64,000 nt of DNA from Parcubacteria group bacterium. Its GTDB lineage: Bacteria > Patescibacteriota > Minisyncoccia > Moranbacterales > GCA-2747515. The DNA lies in NCBI GenBank assembly GCA_041660065.1, contig JBAZXC010000003.1, positions 1,495 to 65,494 on the forward strand, in the 5' to 3' direction. A model generated the notes under the pieces. That model had not been told where the DNA came from, did not search any database, and was given only the letters and a program-made list of their open reading frames with translations. How positions within the stretch are numbered: the stretch's first letter is position 1; every line of letters starts with the position of its first letter. Below, one piece after another: positions 19,657 through 28,754 of this stretch. Made by a program: the position numbers and the translations under genes.

Positions 19657-20367
19657 CTAGTAATAATTTAGCTGAAGACATTTATTCTTAATTGTTAGAA
19701 ACTCGCTAAATCCAGTCCTCTTAAGAATTTGTGCATTTATGTGGTTTTTTGCGCTATAAAATGATTTTTCATTCAATTTATGGGTCTCGTCCGTTCTAGT
19801 AATAATTTCATTTGCGGTTTGGAAATCCAATAATTGTCCAGGTGAATAATATTCATCATGCGTATCAAATAATGCACTGAGGATGTAATAAGAGGCGGTG
19901 CCAATTTCAAAATAAATAAAAGAGTCAGAAATTTTAAGTGCACCATTTGCAGTATTGAAAGAGATTTGTATATTTTGTGATTTTGTATTTTCATACAAAG
20001 AATATATATCGGAAATAGATTTTCTATTTACTTTAAGTGTGTAGTTTTGAGGCTTAGTAGATATAACTCCTCCAAATGCGGCTTTTGTTTTTATGAATGA
20101 ATCAACGAGTGGCGAATCGGAATACATGCTTCTTTCTATAGTAATAATACTTGCATTTTGCAGAAATCTTAAAACACGTCTTTGGTCGTCTGGTTTTGGC
20201 AGAGTCGAATCGGCGCTTTGAATACGGATTTCTATCTTATCACTGATGCTTGCATCAATTTCTTTTCGGATTTCTTGCAACATCCAAAAGACAGCAATCT
20301 TGAATTCTGCGCTTTGCGTTCTGATAATTTCTTTAAGATCCATATATTGAGAGTTATTTATATCCAT
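19657..20367 (-). CDS. hypothetical protein with C-terminal wHTH-like region
   Basis: 236 aa. C-terminal ISFNT.NG.L...YSAKNHIN pattern is reminiscent of OmpR-type wHTH. Confidence 0.6.
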   Translation of the reverse strand: MDINNSQYMDLKEIIRTQSAEFKIAVFWMLQEIRKEIDASISDKIEIRIQSADSTLPKPDDQRRVLRFLQNASIITIERSMYSDSPLVDSFIKTKAAFGGVISTKPQNYTLKVNRKSISDIYSLYENTKSQNIQISFNTANGALKISDSFIYFEIGTASYYILSALFDTHDEYYSPGQLLDFQTANEIITRTDETHKLNEKSFYSAKNHINAQILKRTGFSEFLTIKNKCLQLNYY

Positions 20368-20437
20368 TTTGCTTCATTTGAGAGAAAAAATCAATATTAT
20401 TGCTTGAATTTTATCTTTTTAGATGGTACATTGGTAA

Positions 20438-20586
20438 TGTCACACCCAACTGAATATTTAGCACGAATGCCGTTTTTGGCGACGAGGTTGTTCTTGGAAA
20501 GGGGCAACCTTGCTAAAAACAATTGAGCGCAACCTCGTGTTCGTGTTCAGTTGGGTGTGACAACCAGCAGGTTGTCCTTTTTTGTT
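20438..20586 (+). ncRNA. structured RNA/leader with alternative pairings
   Basis: Perfect 17-bp IR TGTCACACCCAACTGAA/TTCAGTTGGGTGTGACA. Inner AAAGGGGCAACCT is complementary to downstream AGGTTGTCCTTT plus T-run. TTGAAT..TACATT promoter upstream. Confidence 0.55.
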
Positions 20587-20630
20587 TGGATAATCTTGTT
20601 GAAATAAAAATAATTTGTAATAAAAATGCT

Positions 20631-21497
20631 ATGGATAGCAATATGCCTATTGATGAGGCTCAAAAAAATCAAGAACAAAAGTGGTACAAAAAATGGTGGG
20701 TTATACTAATTGCAATAATAGTAATGTTGCCGTTTTTTTGGTTTTTTATTCCAGTTGGACTGATTGTTCTCATTTGGACTAGACAATGGAGTAATGGCGG
20801 TAAAATCGCCGCTACGATCGGTTTCATTTTATTTTTGATGACAGTCCTGGTTATAATTGGTTCTAATGCTTCAACAAAAACACAAACAACTTCAAAGGAA
20901 CAAAAGCAGGAAATTGCGAAAAATTTGCCTATTGATGATAAAAAAGAAGATTCAAATACTGGTAGTATGGCACAGGTTGTTGAACAGAATGATCAAATTA
21001 CGGAGGAAAAGAATGCAATTTCAGAAAACAGTTCGGAAATAGCCAGTCAAAATGAAAAAGTTGAAGAAGTTCAGGATATTCAAAAAACACCGAACTATGA
21101 AGTTGTTTATACAATAAATAATAAATATGGGCAAGGTGAGATTGATTTTGGAATTTTGATTGATCCAGTCGATGTACAAAGTAACTATTTCAAAGAAGAT
21201 ATAAAATTTATTGTGACAAAAGTTGTACAAGAGAAAGGAAAAAAAGTTTCTATTGATATATTAGATGATAAAAAGACTCTTGGTTTGTACCAGAAAAGTC
21301 ACTATGCTCAAAATACTTTAGGGAGAATTCTTACTCAAGATGAAATGGAGTTGATCGGAGATCACCTTGTTGCAAGTTTTTCTGGACAGTTTGGAGAAGA
21401 AATTGTACAAAATTCATTGTCGTTTTTTCCAGCAACTGGGTCCGATAATCCAAGAGTTGGTAAATATGTCGAAACTCTCAAATTTGAGGTGAAATGA
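20631..21497 (+). CDS. membrane-anchored protein (KWYKKWW N-terminus, TM helices, extracytoplasmic domain)
   Basis: Hydrophobic N-terminal helices then low-complexity linker. The ORF-track start at 20523 lies inside the RNA structure. Confidence 0.75.
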   Translation: MDSNMPIDEAQKNQEQKWYKKWWVILIAIIVMLPFFWFFIPVGLIVLIWTRQWSNGGKIAATIGFILFLMTVLVIIGSNASTKTQTTSKEQKQEIAKNLPIDDKKEDSNTGSMAQVVEQNDQITEEKNAISENSSEIASQNEKVEEVQDIQKTPNYEVVYTINNKYGQGEIDFGILIDPVDVQSNYFKEDIKFIVTKVVQEKGKKVSIDILDDKKTLGLYQKSHYAQNTLGRILTQDEMELIGDHLVASFSGQFGEEIVQNSLSFFPATGSDNPRVGKYVETLKFEVK

Positions 21498-21608
21498 TGT
21501 AAAAAAAGAATTTTTTTCCGATATGGTTATTTCAGTCGTTTATTCAAGGCTGCTTGATTGAACGTTCTTTTGATTGTACACTAAATTTGTATATCAGTTA
21601 TTACTTTT

Positions 21609-22520
21609 GTGATGAATAATAGAAAAAATAAGAAAAAAATAGGTGAGAATTATACTTTTATAGATTTGTTTGCTGGGATAGGGGGATTTCACCAGGCTTT
21701 TCATAATATCGGAGCTGAGTGTGTGTTTTCTTCAGAATGGGATGAAAATGCCAGAAAAACGTACGAACTCAATTTCAAAAAGATTTCTCCAAATCTTTTT
21801 GAAAAAAATAAATTTATAGGGGATATAAACTCAATCAAAAACATCAAAAAGGAGATTCCTGATTTTGACATTTTGACGGGAGGATTTCCTTGCCAGCCCT
21901 TTAGTCACGCTGGACACAGAAAGGGTTTTTTGGATACCAGAGGCACTTTATTTTTCAATATAGTCGAAATATTGAGACAAAAAAAACCAAAAGCGTTTTT
22001 TATAGAAAATGTCAGGGGATTATTGAATCATGATGATGGCAATACTTTTTCAGTAATCAAAAAAACAATAGAAGAAGAACTGAACTATTCTTTTTATCCT
22101 GAGATTATTAGAGCCTCCGATTTTGGTTTGCCCCAGCATAGACCTCGTTTATTTATGGTTGGCTTCAAAAATAAAAAGATAGAATTTGAGTTTCCAGATC
22201 CAGTTGGCTTGAAAATGAACATGTCTGACATATGGGGAGGAAAATGCAGTAGAGATGTGGGATTTACTCTCAGATGCGGTGGTAGGGGGTCTGGTTTGAA
22301 TGACAGGAGAAATTGGGACACATATTTGGTTGACGGTAAAGAAAGAAGATTGTCTTCTGCGGAGGGGAAAAAAATGATGGGATTTCCGAAAGGTTTCAAA
22401 TTTCCAGTTTCTGAAACCCAAGCAATGAGGCAGCTTGGGAATGCTGTAGCTGTGCCAGCCATTCAAGCTGTTGCACAGGCAATAATTGAATCATTGAACT
22501 CTTATGATAAAAGGAAATAA
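21609..22520 (+). CDS. DNA (cytosine-5)-methyltransferase
   Basis: DLFAGIGG, GFPCQPFS, ENV, Q.RPR, GNAV motifs. Confidence 0.96.
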   Translation: MMNNRKNKKKIGENYTFIDLFAGIGGFHQAFHNIGAECVFSSEWDENARKTYELNFKKISPNLFEKNKFIGDINSIKNIKKEIPDFDILTGGFPCQPFSHAGHRKGFLDTRGTLFFNIVEILRQKKPKAFFIENVRGLLNHDDGNTFSVIKKTIEEELNYSFYPEIIRASDFGLPQHRPRLFMVGFKNKKIEFEFPDPVGLKMNMSDIWGGKCSRDVGFTLRCGGRGSGLNDRRNWDTYLVDGKERRLSSAEGKKMMGFPKGFKFPVSETQAMRQLGNAVAVPAIQAVAQAIIESLNSYDKRK

Positions 22521-23586
22521 AGGAGAATGGAGTGAATTTTATGCTTTTCTCAAAATATTGACTGATGGCAAAATGTTTACTGCAGATAAAGATCTCGAAA
22601 TATTGAGAGATAATTATTATATTGTTTTGAAAATTATTAGAGAGGAAACTAATGGGAAGAAATCTTATGATATTTCTAAGCGGGATGGCAAAGTTGTGAT
22701 TTTTGATGAAATGATGAAATTGAGTGATGTTGTTGATTTGGAAAAAATAAAAAAAAGAGTTGCGGATATTTTTGATGAAATGAGAAAAGCGAAAGGATCT
22801 ACTTTCCAGATATTACTTGCTGAAGAGGCTATGAGGGATTTGCATTGTTCCCAGATAAAAGCATCAAGCGGACGAAAGGCGGACTTAATGATTGTTTTGC
22901 ACGACAAAAAATCACCAGCCTTTCCTGAATTGGGGTTTAGCGTGAAATCCATGCTCGGATCACCATCAACACTTTTGAATGCCTCAGGGGCGACAAATTT
23001 CGTCTATAAGGTTGCTGAAAGCGGCAAGTCTGATGAAGAGCTTGATGTGTGTAACAAATCGCTTACAGTTCGAGATAGGGCCGAATTTATCTATGATGCA
23101 GGTGGCCGTTTTGAATATTGTGGGATGGACAGTGCTAAATTTAGAAAAAACCTTAGAAAGATTGATTCGAATTTTCCAGAAATAATTGCAGAAATTGTAA
23201 GGCATTACTATGGTGGCAGGGGAAATAGCATTTCTGATTTGGTTGATCATATTTCGAAGGATGTTGATTTTTGCAAAAAGCTTGATTTAGACAAAAGTGA
23301 CTTTATTTTTAAGGTAAAGAGATTTTTATCAGATGTTGCTTTGGGCATGACTCCAAGCAGAGAATGGGATGGACATGCCAGTGCACACGGTGGATACATA
23401 ATTGTAAAAGAAAATGGAGAAATAATCTGTTATCATATCTACAATCGAGACGAATTTGAGGACTATCTTTATAATAATACAAAGCTGGATACTCCAAGTA
23501 CGACACGACATAAATTTGGCGACGTTTATGATGAAAATGGAGAGAAAAAAATCAAATATAATTTGCAGATTAGATTTATAAAATAA
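22504..23586 (+). CDS. HpaII-family type II restriction endonuclease
   Basis: GNKGEWSE N-terminus, KAD..., GFSVKS.LG.PSTLLNAS, LQIRF C-terminus; overlaps MTase stop. Confidence 0.88.
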   Translation: MIKGNKGEWSEFYAFLKILTDGKMFTADKDLEILRDNYYIVLKIIREETNGKKSYDISKRDGKVVIFDEMMKLSDVVDLEKIKKRVADIFDEMRKAKGSTFQILLAEEAMRDLHCSQIKASSGRKADLMIVLHDKKSPAFPELGFSVKSMLGSPSTLLNASGATNFVYKVAESGKSDEELDVCNKSLTVRDRAEFIYDAGGRFEYCGMDSAKFRKNLRKIDSNFPEIIAEIVRHYYGGRGNSISDLVDHISKDVDFCKKLDLDKSDFIFKVKRFLSDVALGMTPSREWDGHASAHGGYIIVKENGEIICYHIYNRDEFEDYLYNNTKLDTPSTTRHKFGDVYDENGEKKIKYNLQIRFIK

Positions 23587-23590
23587 GCAA

Positions 23591-24019
23591 ATGGTAGATA
23601 TTTTTTCAAAAGAAAAAAGGTCCGAAATAATGTCGAAAATAAGATCAAAAGAAACCAAAATGGAGGTAAAATTCAGAAAAAAACTTTGGCATTCTGGATT
23701 TCGATATCGAAAGAACGCGTCTGGTTATTTTGGAAAACCAGATATTTTACTTAAAAAATATAGAACAGTTATTTTCATCGATTCTTGTTTCTGGCATGGA
23801 TGCAAAAAACATTTCAAACTTCCTTCAACAAGACAGAAATTTTGGAGTGAAAAGATGGTACAAAACCAAAAAAGAGATAAGGACGTTACAGGTTATTATA
23901 AAAAAAATGGTTGGAAAATTATCCGAATTTGGGAGCATGATTTGAAGAGGAATTTTCAGAAATCGTTTGACAAAACTAGTTATTTATTATTGAAAGATGA
24001 AAGTGCACGAATAAAGTAA
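23591..24019 (+). CDS. vsr: very short patch repair endonuclease
   Basis: D.FSKEKRSEIMSKIRSK, GKPDI, FWHGC, IWEH. Confidence 0.93.
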   Translation: MVDIFSKEKRSEIMSKIRSKETKMEVKFRKKLWHSGFRYRKNASGYFGKPDILLKKYRTVIFIDSCFWHGCKKHFKLPSTRQKFWSEKMVQNQKRDKDVTGYYKKNGWKIIRIWEHDLKRNFQKSFDKTSYLLLKDESARIK

Positions 24020-24108
24020 TGGAAATACAATTATTTTTGATCAAGAAATCGGAATTTTGATTTTTTGGAAATATCTGTTATATTGAAATTATTAAGATAT
24101 TACTATAT

Positions 24109-24606
24109 ATGGCTACAAAATACTTAAGGGCTATCGAGGTGGCGGAGTATTTTATCGCAAGAGCGTGTAAGGAAGGGGATGAAATGACGCCAAAAAAATT
24201 ACAAAAGATGCTTTATTATGCTCAAGCGTGGTTTTTGGTTTTTGAAAACAGGAGGCTTTTTGATGACAAAATAGAGGCGTGGATGCATGGACCGGCGATC
24301 TACTCCATTTATCAAGAGTATAAGATGTTCGGTTTTTTTCCAATTAGAAAGGAAATTGATAAGGATTTTTTGGATAAAATATCAGATAATACGAAGAGGT
24401 TTTTATCGGATATTTGGAAAGTGTATGGAAAATATGATGCTGATTATTTAGAAATCTTATCACATAACGAAAAACCTTGGCGTGTTGCACGCGCTGGAGT
24501 TGGCGAGTTCAATGCTTCAAAAAATGAGATTGATACAAAATTGATGAAAAGTTTTTATAAAGAACTGCTTGCTAAAACAACGGATGATGTCCAAGAATCG
24601 AAATAA
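24109..24606 (+). CDS. Panacea/DUF4065 (SocA-like) antitoxin
   Basis: KLQKMLYYAQ, IEAWMHGP, LSHNEKPW. Confidence 0.9.
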   Translation: MATKYLRAIEVAEYFIARACKEGDEMTPKKLQKMLYYAQAWFLVFENRRLFDDKIEAWMHGPAIYSIYQEYKMFGFFPIRKEIDKDFLDKISDNTKRFLSDIWKVYGKYDADYLEILSHNEKPWRVARAGVGEFNASKNEIDTKLMKSFYKELLAKTTDDVQESK

Positions 24607-25099
24607 CAAAAGAAAACAGGAGAGAAGACTTCAAAAAAAGAAGTCTTCTTTGATAGAGTGCGTTGTTGGTGTACAACGAGATGATGTAAATGAGGGTAGA
24701 GTTCCTGAAAGTGTTGCCAGTATGGGTGATGTATTTGATGATAGTGAAGTTTATTCTATAAGTTTTTCTCAATATGCCAGTAATGAATGTGAGATAGACG
24801 CAATGATTAGCAATGGAGATAAATGTTCAGGTCGAGCATTGCAACTATTGAAACTGATTGGATCGCACTGTAGCAACCTTAGGACGCTTAAACATCTTGG
24901 TTTTGAAACAAAAAAGATTGCAAACGATAATCAGTATAAAAGGTTATATAATAAACTGAAAATGTGCGGTGTGGACATAAAGGAAACTACGATTTATGAA
25001 TCATACATTTCAAATCAAGGTGGTAGAATATTTTTTTGGGTGTATGGACAAAAAAAGATGATATATATTGTTGCTATACGAAGAAATCACTACAAATAA
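24584..25099 (+). CDS. putative toxin paired with Panacea antitoxin (RelE-like C-terminus)
   Basis: Overlaps the antitoxin 3' end. IYESY...GRIFFW...IYIVAI..NH pattern. Confidence 0.55.
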   Translation: MMSKNRNNKRKQERRLQKKKSSLIECVVGVQRDDVNEGRVPESVASMGDVFDDSEVYSISFSQYASNECEIDAMISNGDKCSGRALQLLKLIGSHCSNLRTLKHLGFETKKIANDNQYKRLYNKLKMCGVDIKETTIYESYISNQGGRIFFWVYGQKKMIYIVAIRRNHYK

Positions 25100-25124
25100 T
25101 TTTTTGTAAGAATAATTGTAAAAT

Positions 25125-27119
25125 ATGCCAATAACTCAAAGTCAAACATTCTATGTAAAAAAAATATATCTGAAAAATTTTAAGAAATTCAGTAATGCTG
25201 AAATTGATTTTGGGGCTGGACTTAATTTCTTGATAGGTCCGAACAACGCTGGAAAAAGTACAATTCTTCAAGCTGTGGATATTGTTGTGGGGGATACGTG
25301 GCTTTCTGAGGATATGCTTGACCATTCTTTTTTTTATGAAGAGGAGAATAACTTTGTTGTTTGTGTGGAAATTGCCTTTCCAAACATCGGTTGTTCATCT
25401 AATAGAAACAGAATAAACTTCATTAGAAATCTGAAGCTTGCAAAAGGCAATGTTCGATCAATGGTGTATGGACAATTTTCAAATGCCACACCTCGAGAAT
25501 TTCTTGATGGAGATGAAATAGATAGCATAACAGATGTAGTTGGGGAGGATATAAATATTGAGTCCGTACATTTCTTTACTGTTGCTAAAAGAGAAGATGG
25601 TAGTCTGAGTGTTGAAAATTTCGTCGTACTTAATTTGTGTGAGCCAGTTTATAAAAATGATGGCAACTATACATCCATTCAAATTTCATTGACCAAGTGG
25701 GTGAGGAGTAATCTGATTTCATTTTTGTTTATACCAGCTGCCAGATCTGAAAATCGACAAATATTTCAAGTGGCACAACACACGTGGCTTGGCAAATATT
25801 TGAAAATTCTACAAAAAGAAAAAAATAGTGAAGTCGAAAGTTATTTTGATCAATGTCATTTGCAATCATTTCCATTGGAATTTGATAATTCTGTAAAAGA
25901 TATTCTCAAGGATCTCTTTGGTGATATAAGTGAATTGTCACTTCACACCTTTGATCATGAGCATTGTGACTCATTGTATAAATACGCTCATGTTTTTTTA
26001 TCTGATCCTTTTCTTGCTGAAATTGATAAGAAGGGTCACGGTATCCAATCTGCGAGTGCTATAGCATTGTTTTTGGGCTTTCTTGAACGAGAGGCTCTCA
26101 ATCATCCAGAATATAGCACATCTCGGAGTGGATCCGCTCCATCACACTGGGCTACGATTTTACAGATAGAAGAGCCTGAATCACACTTTCATCCTCCAGC
26201 GCGAATAAAGCTCGTATCTATTCTTAAACAGAAATTTGCTGACTCTGGGGCGCAAGTAATTGTTTCGACGCATGATGAGGGATTTGTTAAGTGGCCTTTT
26301 ATGAATGGCTCAAATTTGATATTCCCAGGTGCGATTGATCCAGACGGAAAGATCAAATCTATACTATTTCATGATGGATCGACAGATAGCACTATGGAAA
26401 TAAACTCTCGTATATTACGGTTTCAAGCGTCAACAATTTTTTCACAAAGAGTGTTGATAGTTGAGGGGTGCGAGGCGGTGTGTCTAAATGCTATTTTCAT
26501 GAGATTATTGAATGAAGACTTAGAATCTAATGCAATTACAATGGCTCAATCAGTATCTTCGCAACCAAGAACTGATCACGGAGATAGTGGCAATTTACAG
26601 CCAGCTGGTGGCGCATCTCAAATACCTGATACAGTTCAATTATATAAGCAATTGGGAATAAAAAGTGCATGTCTGATTGATATCGATTGTTTATTCAATG
26701 GTTCGATTGGAAGAATTATTGAGTCATTTGGTGGGGTACCAAGGGCTTTCATTTTTGATGAGGTGCTTACACAAGAAGAGGTGAGAGGGGGTAGTGGGAT
26801 GGTATCAGCTCAGGATATGAGAAGTATTATAGCGGCTAGCCCAGATAAAGAGCGTAGATTTAGTGATTTAGTCGAACGATTATCAAATATTGGAATTTTT
26901 GTATATAACAAAGGTGATTTTGAAGGAAATTTTACGGATAGATTTGTGAATAATTATATTAGTCGGAACAATAAAATTATTAAGGAGGCATTGTGCTATG
27001 CTATAAAAAGTAAAGCGGAAATGAGTAATACATTTGATGTGGATTGTTTGCAAAGTAATGCAAGGCAAGATTTAGAACAAGCTTTGGCATGCATAAAAGC
27101 TTTCTTTAGCACTGACTGA
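25125..27119 (+). CDS. OLD-family ABC-ATPase/TOPRIM nuclease
   Basis: KNFKKF, GPNNAGKST, GHGIQS, IEEPESHFHP, STH, TOPRIM VEGCE and DID. Confidence 0.88.
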   Translation: MPITQSQTFYVKKIYLKNFKKFSNAEIDFGAGLNFLIGPNNAGKSTILQAVDIVVGDTWLSEDMLDHSFFYEEENNFVVCVEIAFPNIGCSSNRNRINFIRNLKLAKGNVRSMVYGQFSNATPREFLDGDEIDSITDVVGEDINIESVHFFTVAKREDGSLSVENFVVLNLCEPVYKNDGNYTSIQISLTKWVRSNLISFLFIPAARSENRQIFQVAQHTWLGKYLKILQKEKNSEVESYFDQCHLQSFPLEFDNSVKDILKDLFGDISELSLHTFDHEHCDSLYKYAHVFLSDPFLAEIDKKGHGIQSASAIALFLGFLEREALNHPEYSTSRSGSAPSHWATILQIEEPESHFHPPARIKLVSILKQKFADSGAQVIVSTHDEGFVKWPFMNGSNLIFPGAIDPDGKIKSILFHDGSTDSTMEINSRILRFQASTIFSQRVLIVEGCEAVCLNAIFMRLLNEDLESNAITMAQSVSSQPRTDHGDSGNLQPAGGASQIPDTVQLYKQLGIKSACLIDIDCLFNGSIGRIIESFGGVPRAFIFDEVLTQEEVRGGSGMVSAQDMRSIIAASPDKERRFSDLVERLSNIGIFVYNKGDFEGNFTDRFVNNYISRNNKIIKEALCYAIKSKAEMSNTFDVDCLQSNARQDLEQALACIKAFFSTD

Positions 27120-27221
27120 ATTGTAGCAGTCGTATTTCTTGTGATATTTCTCTCATATTTAAGTTGCGGAACATGTCCATTAGCGGGAGCCCCATACAAG
27201 ATGACATTTGAACTAAACAAG

Positions 27222-27260
27222 AAAAGAGCTTCCTGCATTTATGCAAGAAGCTCTTTTTTT
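27222..27260. terminator. bidirectional terminator
   Basis: AAAAGAGCTTC.TGCA..TGCA.GAAGCTCTTTT between convergent genes. Confidence 0.75.
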
Positions 27261-28404
27261 ATGCTATTGCCTCAGTTGCTATTGGCAAAGCGTTTTCGGG
27301 TAGTTTGTGCGCATTGATCAGTTTCATTGGAATCCAATCTTTTGGTGCACGGTCTAATGGGATGTTGCCACAGCCAGGTTTTCTTCTCCAATGGGCTCTT
27401 CTCCAATGCACACGTTTTTCCTGTGATGCCTTAGATGATTTGATGAAGCTAACCAATTGGTCGATTTTTTCTTGTTTCATCTTGAACTTAGCTGATACAG
27501 TGAATAAATCAGATGTTTGATCAATGAATGCATTTTCTAAAGAAACTCGTTTTTTTGAACTTGATTTCATTTTTTCATTTTTCTTTGTTGTACTTGCTGG
27601 AAAATTTTCCAGATAAATACATAAGTTTATGAAAATATGAAACGCAGAGTTTATTGCAAAATCTTTAAGCGGAGCACTTATATCGAGAATGTTAGCATTT
27701 AGAAATGTCTTAATCACAAAATTTTCGGACATCTCATTTGGTTTGAAATACATTATCGGAAGTGTCATTTTGCCATCTTTGTCATAGCTAAGATGTTTTT
27801 CAAAAAAACACTCAATTTCATGCTCTGATGCCTGTCTCCTTATTAAATTTAACAGCTCTTTTCTTTCGGTTTTTTTGAGTCTTTTACATCTAGAAAGACT
27901 TGGTGGCAAAAGACGTAGCTCCCATAAATCGGAAGAATCAGCAGAAGGAAGAAACTTGCCGATATTGCTCACAATAATTGAATCGTAAGCTGTTCCATCA
28001 TAGGATACCAACAAATCGGTTAATGTGATAATGAATGAATCAAAAGGAAATCTAATTTCCTTCCACCGAACTGCGTTAATGGTTGTCGCGTCTAATAGAT
28101 TTTGGACGTTTGAGGGTAAGTGAAATATCCTTCTGGAGGAAAAATTCCATGATAATATGGAAAATGGAATAAATCCATTTGCTTCACTTTCTTCATTATA
28201 ATTTGGTATGTAATTCAAAAATCTTTTTTCAAAGAGATCTTTTTTTGTTAGATTTAAAAGACATTCTCTGAAAGAATCAAAATCTCTGTGATTTTGAGGC
28301 AATGAATTTTGCAAATTCATTGATGTTGCACTTCGAAGGAAACACAAATTTTCCCAGTGGGATAATAAGTGGTCGATTCTCTGTAATCCAACATTTGAAG
28401 ACAT
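27259..28404 (-). CDS. hypothetical protein with C-terminal HWRRAHWR motif
   Basis: 381 aa; FPFDSF..., HWRRAHWRR...WI. Confidence 0.7.
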   Translation of the reverse strand: MSSNVGLQRIDHLLSHWENLCFLRSATSMNLQNSLPQNHRDFDSFRECLLNLTKKDLFEKRFLNYIPNYNEESEANGFIPFSILSWNFSSRRIFHLPSNVQNLLDATTINAVRWKEIRFPFDSFIITLTDLLVSYDGTAYDSIIVSNIGKFLPSADSSDLWELRLLPPSLSRCKRLKKTERKELLNLIRRQASEHEIECFFEKHLSYDKDGKMTLPIMYFKPNEMSENFVIKTFLNANILDISAPLKDFAINSAFHIFINLCIYLENFPASTTKKNEKMKSSSKKRVSLENAFIDQTSDLFTVSAKFKMKQEKIDQLVSFIKSSKASQEKRVHWRRAHWRRKPGCGNIPLDRAPKDWIPMKLINAHKLPENALPIATEAIA

Positions 28405-28501
28405 GATTGTTCCTCCAGTGTATTTGAATTGTATTATTCTTCTGTTAATTTACATGCAAAAAGCAACTGAGAATGATATCGTATTTTAACTATTTAGTCA
28501 A

Positions 28502-28558
28502 TCATTTTGTATAGGATTCTTGCAAATCAATTCGAATGTCGTCCAGGATGCGGAACAA
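28502..28558 (-). other. attR-side orphan C-terminal tail of serine recombinase
   Basis: Reads LFRILDDIRIDLQESYTK*, parallel to LLHVMEEVRTLLKK* at 16088-16132 and MMLRE* at the tRNA. Confidence 0.65.
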
Positions 28559-28567
28559 ACACATTTT

Positions 28568-28590
28568 AAGGCTTTTTAAAGCCTTTTTTT
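28568..28590 (+). terminator. terminator, probably the displaced original tRNA terminator
   Basis: AAGGCTT-TTTA-AAGCCTT followed by T-run, ~10 bp after the att core. Confidence 0.6.
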
Positions 28591-28754
28591 GTTGGTTGTA
28601 TTTGATTAAAATATAGTTATATGGTAGAATTTTTTTTTAGTTCTTTTCATATAAACTTTTCACAAGCTGACAATAAAGTAATCAAGTTATTTATTATTTT
28701 ATTGTCAGTTTGTACAAGAAGCATTCAATTAACCATCATTTGGTGGAGGAGAAA

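Larger units (their letters stand above)
16123..28557. mobile_element. integrative element 2 / defence island
   Basis: Bounded by CGTGGAGCA and TGCGGAACA (28549-28557). LSR plus tyrosine recombinase core, RM/TA/OLD cargo, orphan recombinase-like tail at right end. Confidence 0.72.

Noticed and set aside
20523-20630. ORF-track N-terminal extension of the membrane protein
   Set aside because: It runs through the RNA stem and terminator; ATG at 20631 is more plausible.
21609-23586. Assigning CCGG specificity
   Set aside because: Family resemblance to HpaII does not fix the target, and I cannot read it from the MTase TRD. CCGG sites are common in flanking host genes, which is uninformative for a recent island.
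25125-27119. Gabija or retron system
   Set aside because: No GajB/UvrD helicase or reverse transcriptase nearby.
4159-28557. Prophage or conjugative element
   Set aside because: No terminase, capsid, tail, lysis, T4SS or recognisable relaxase genes.
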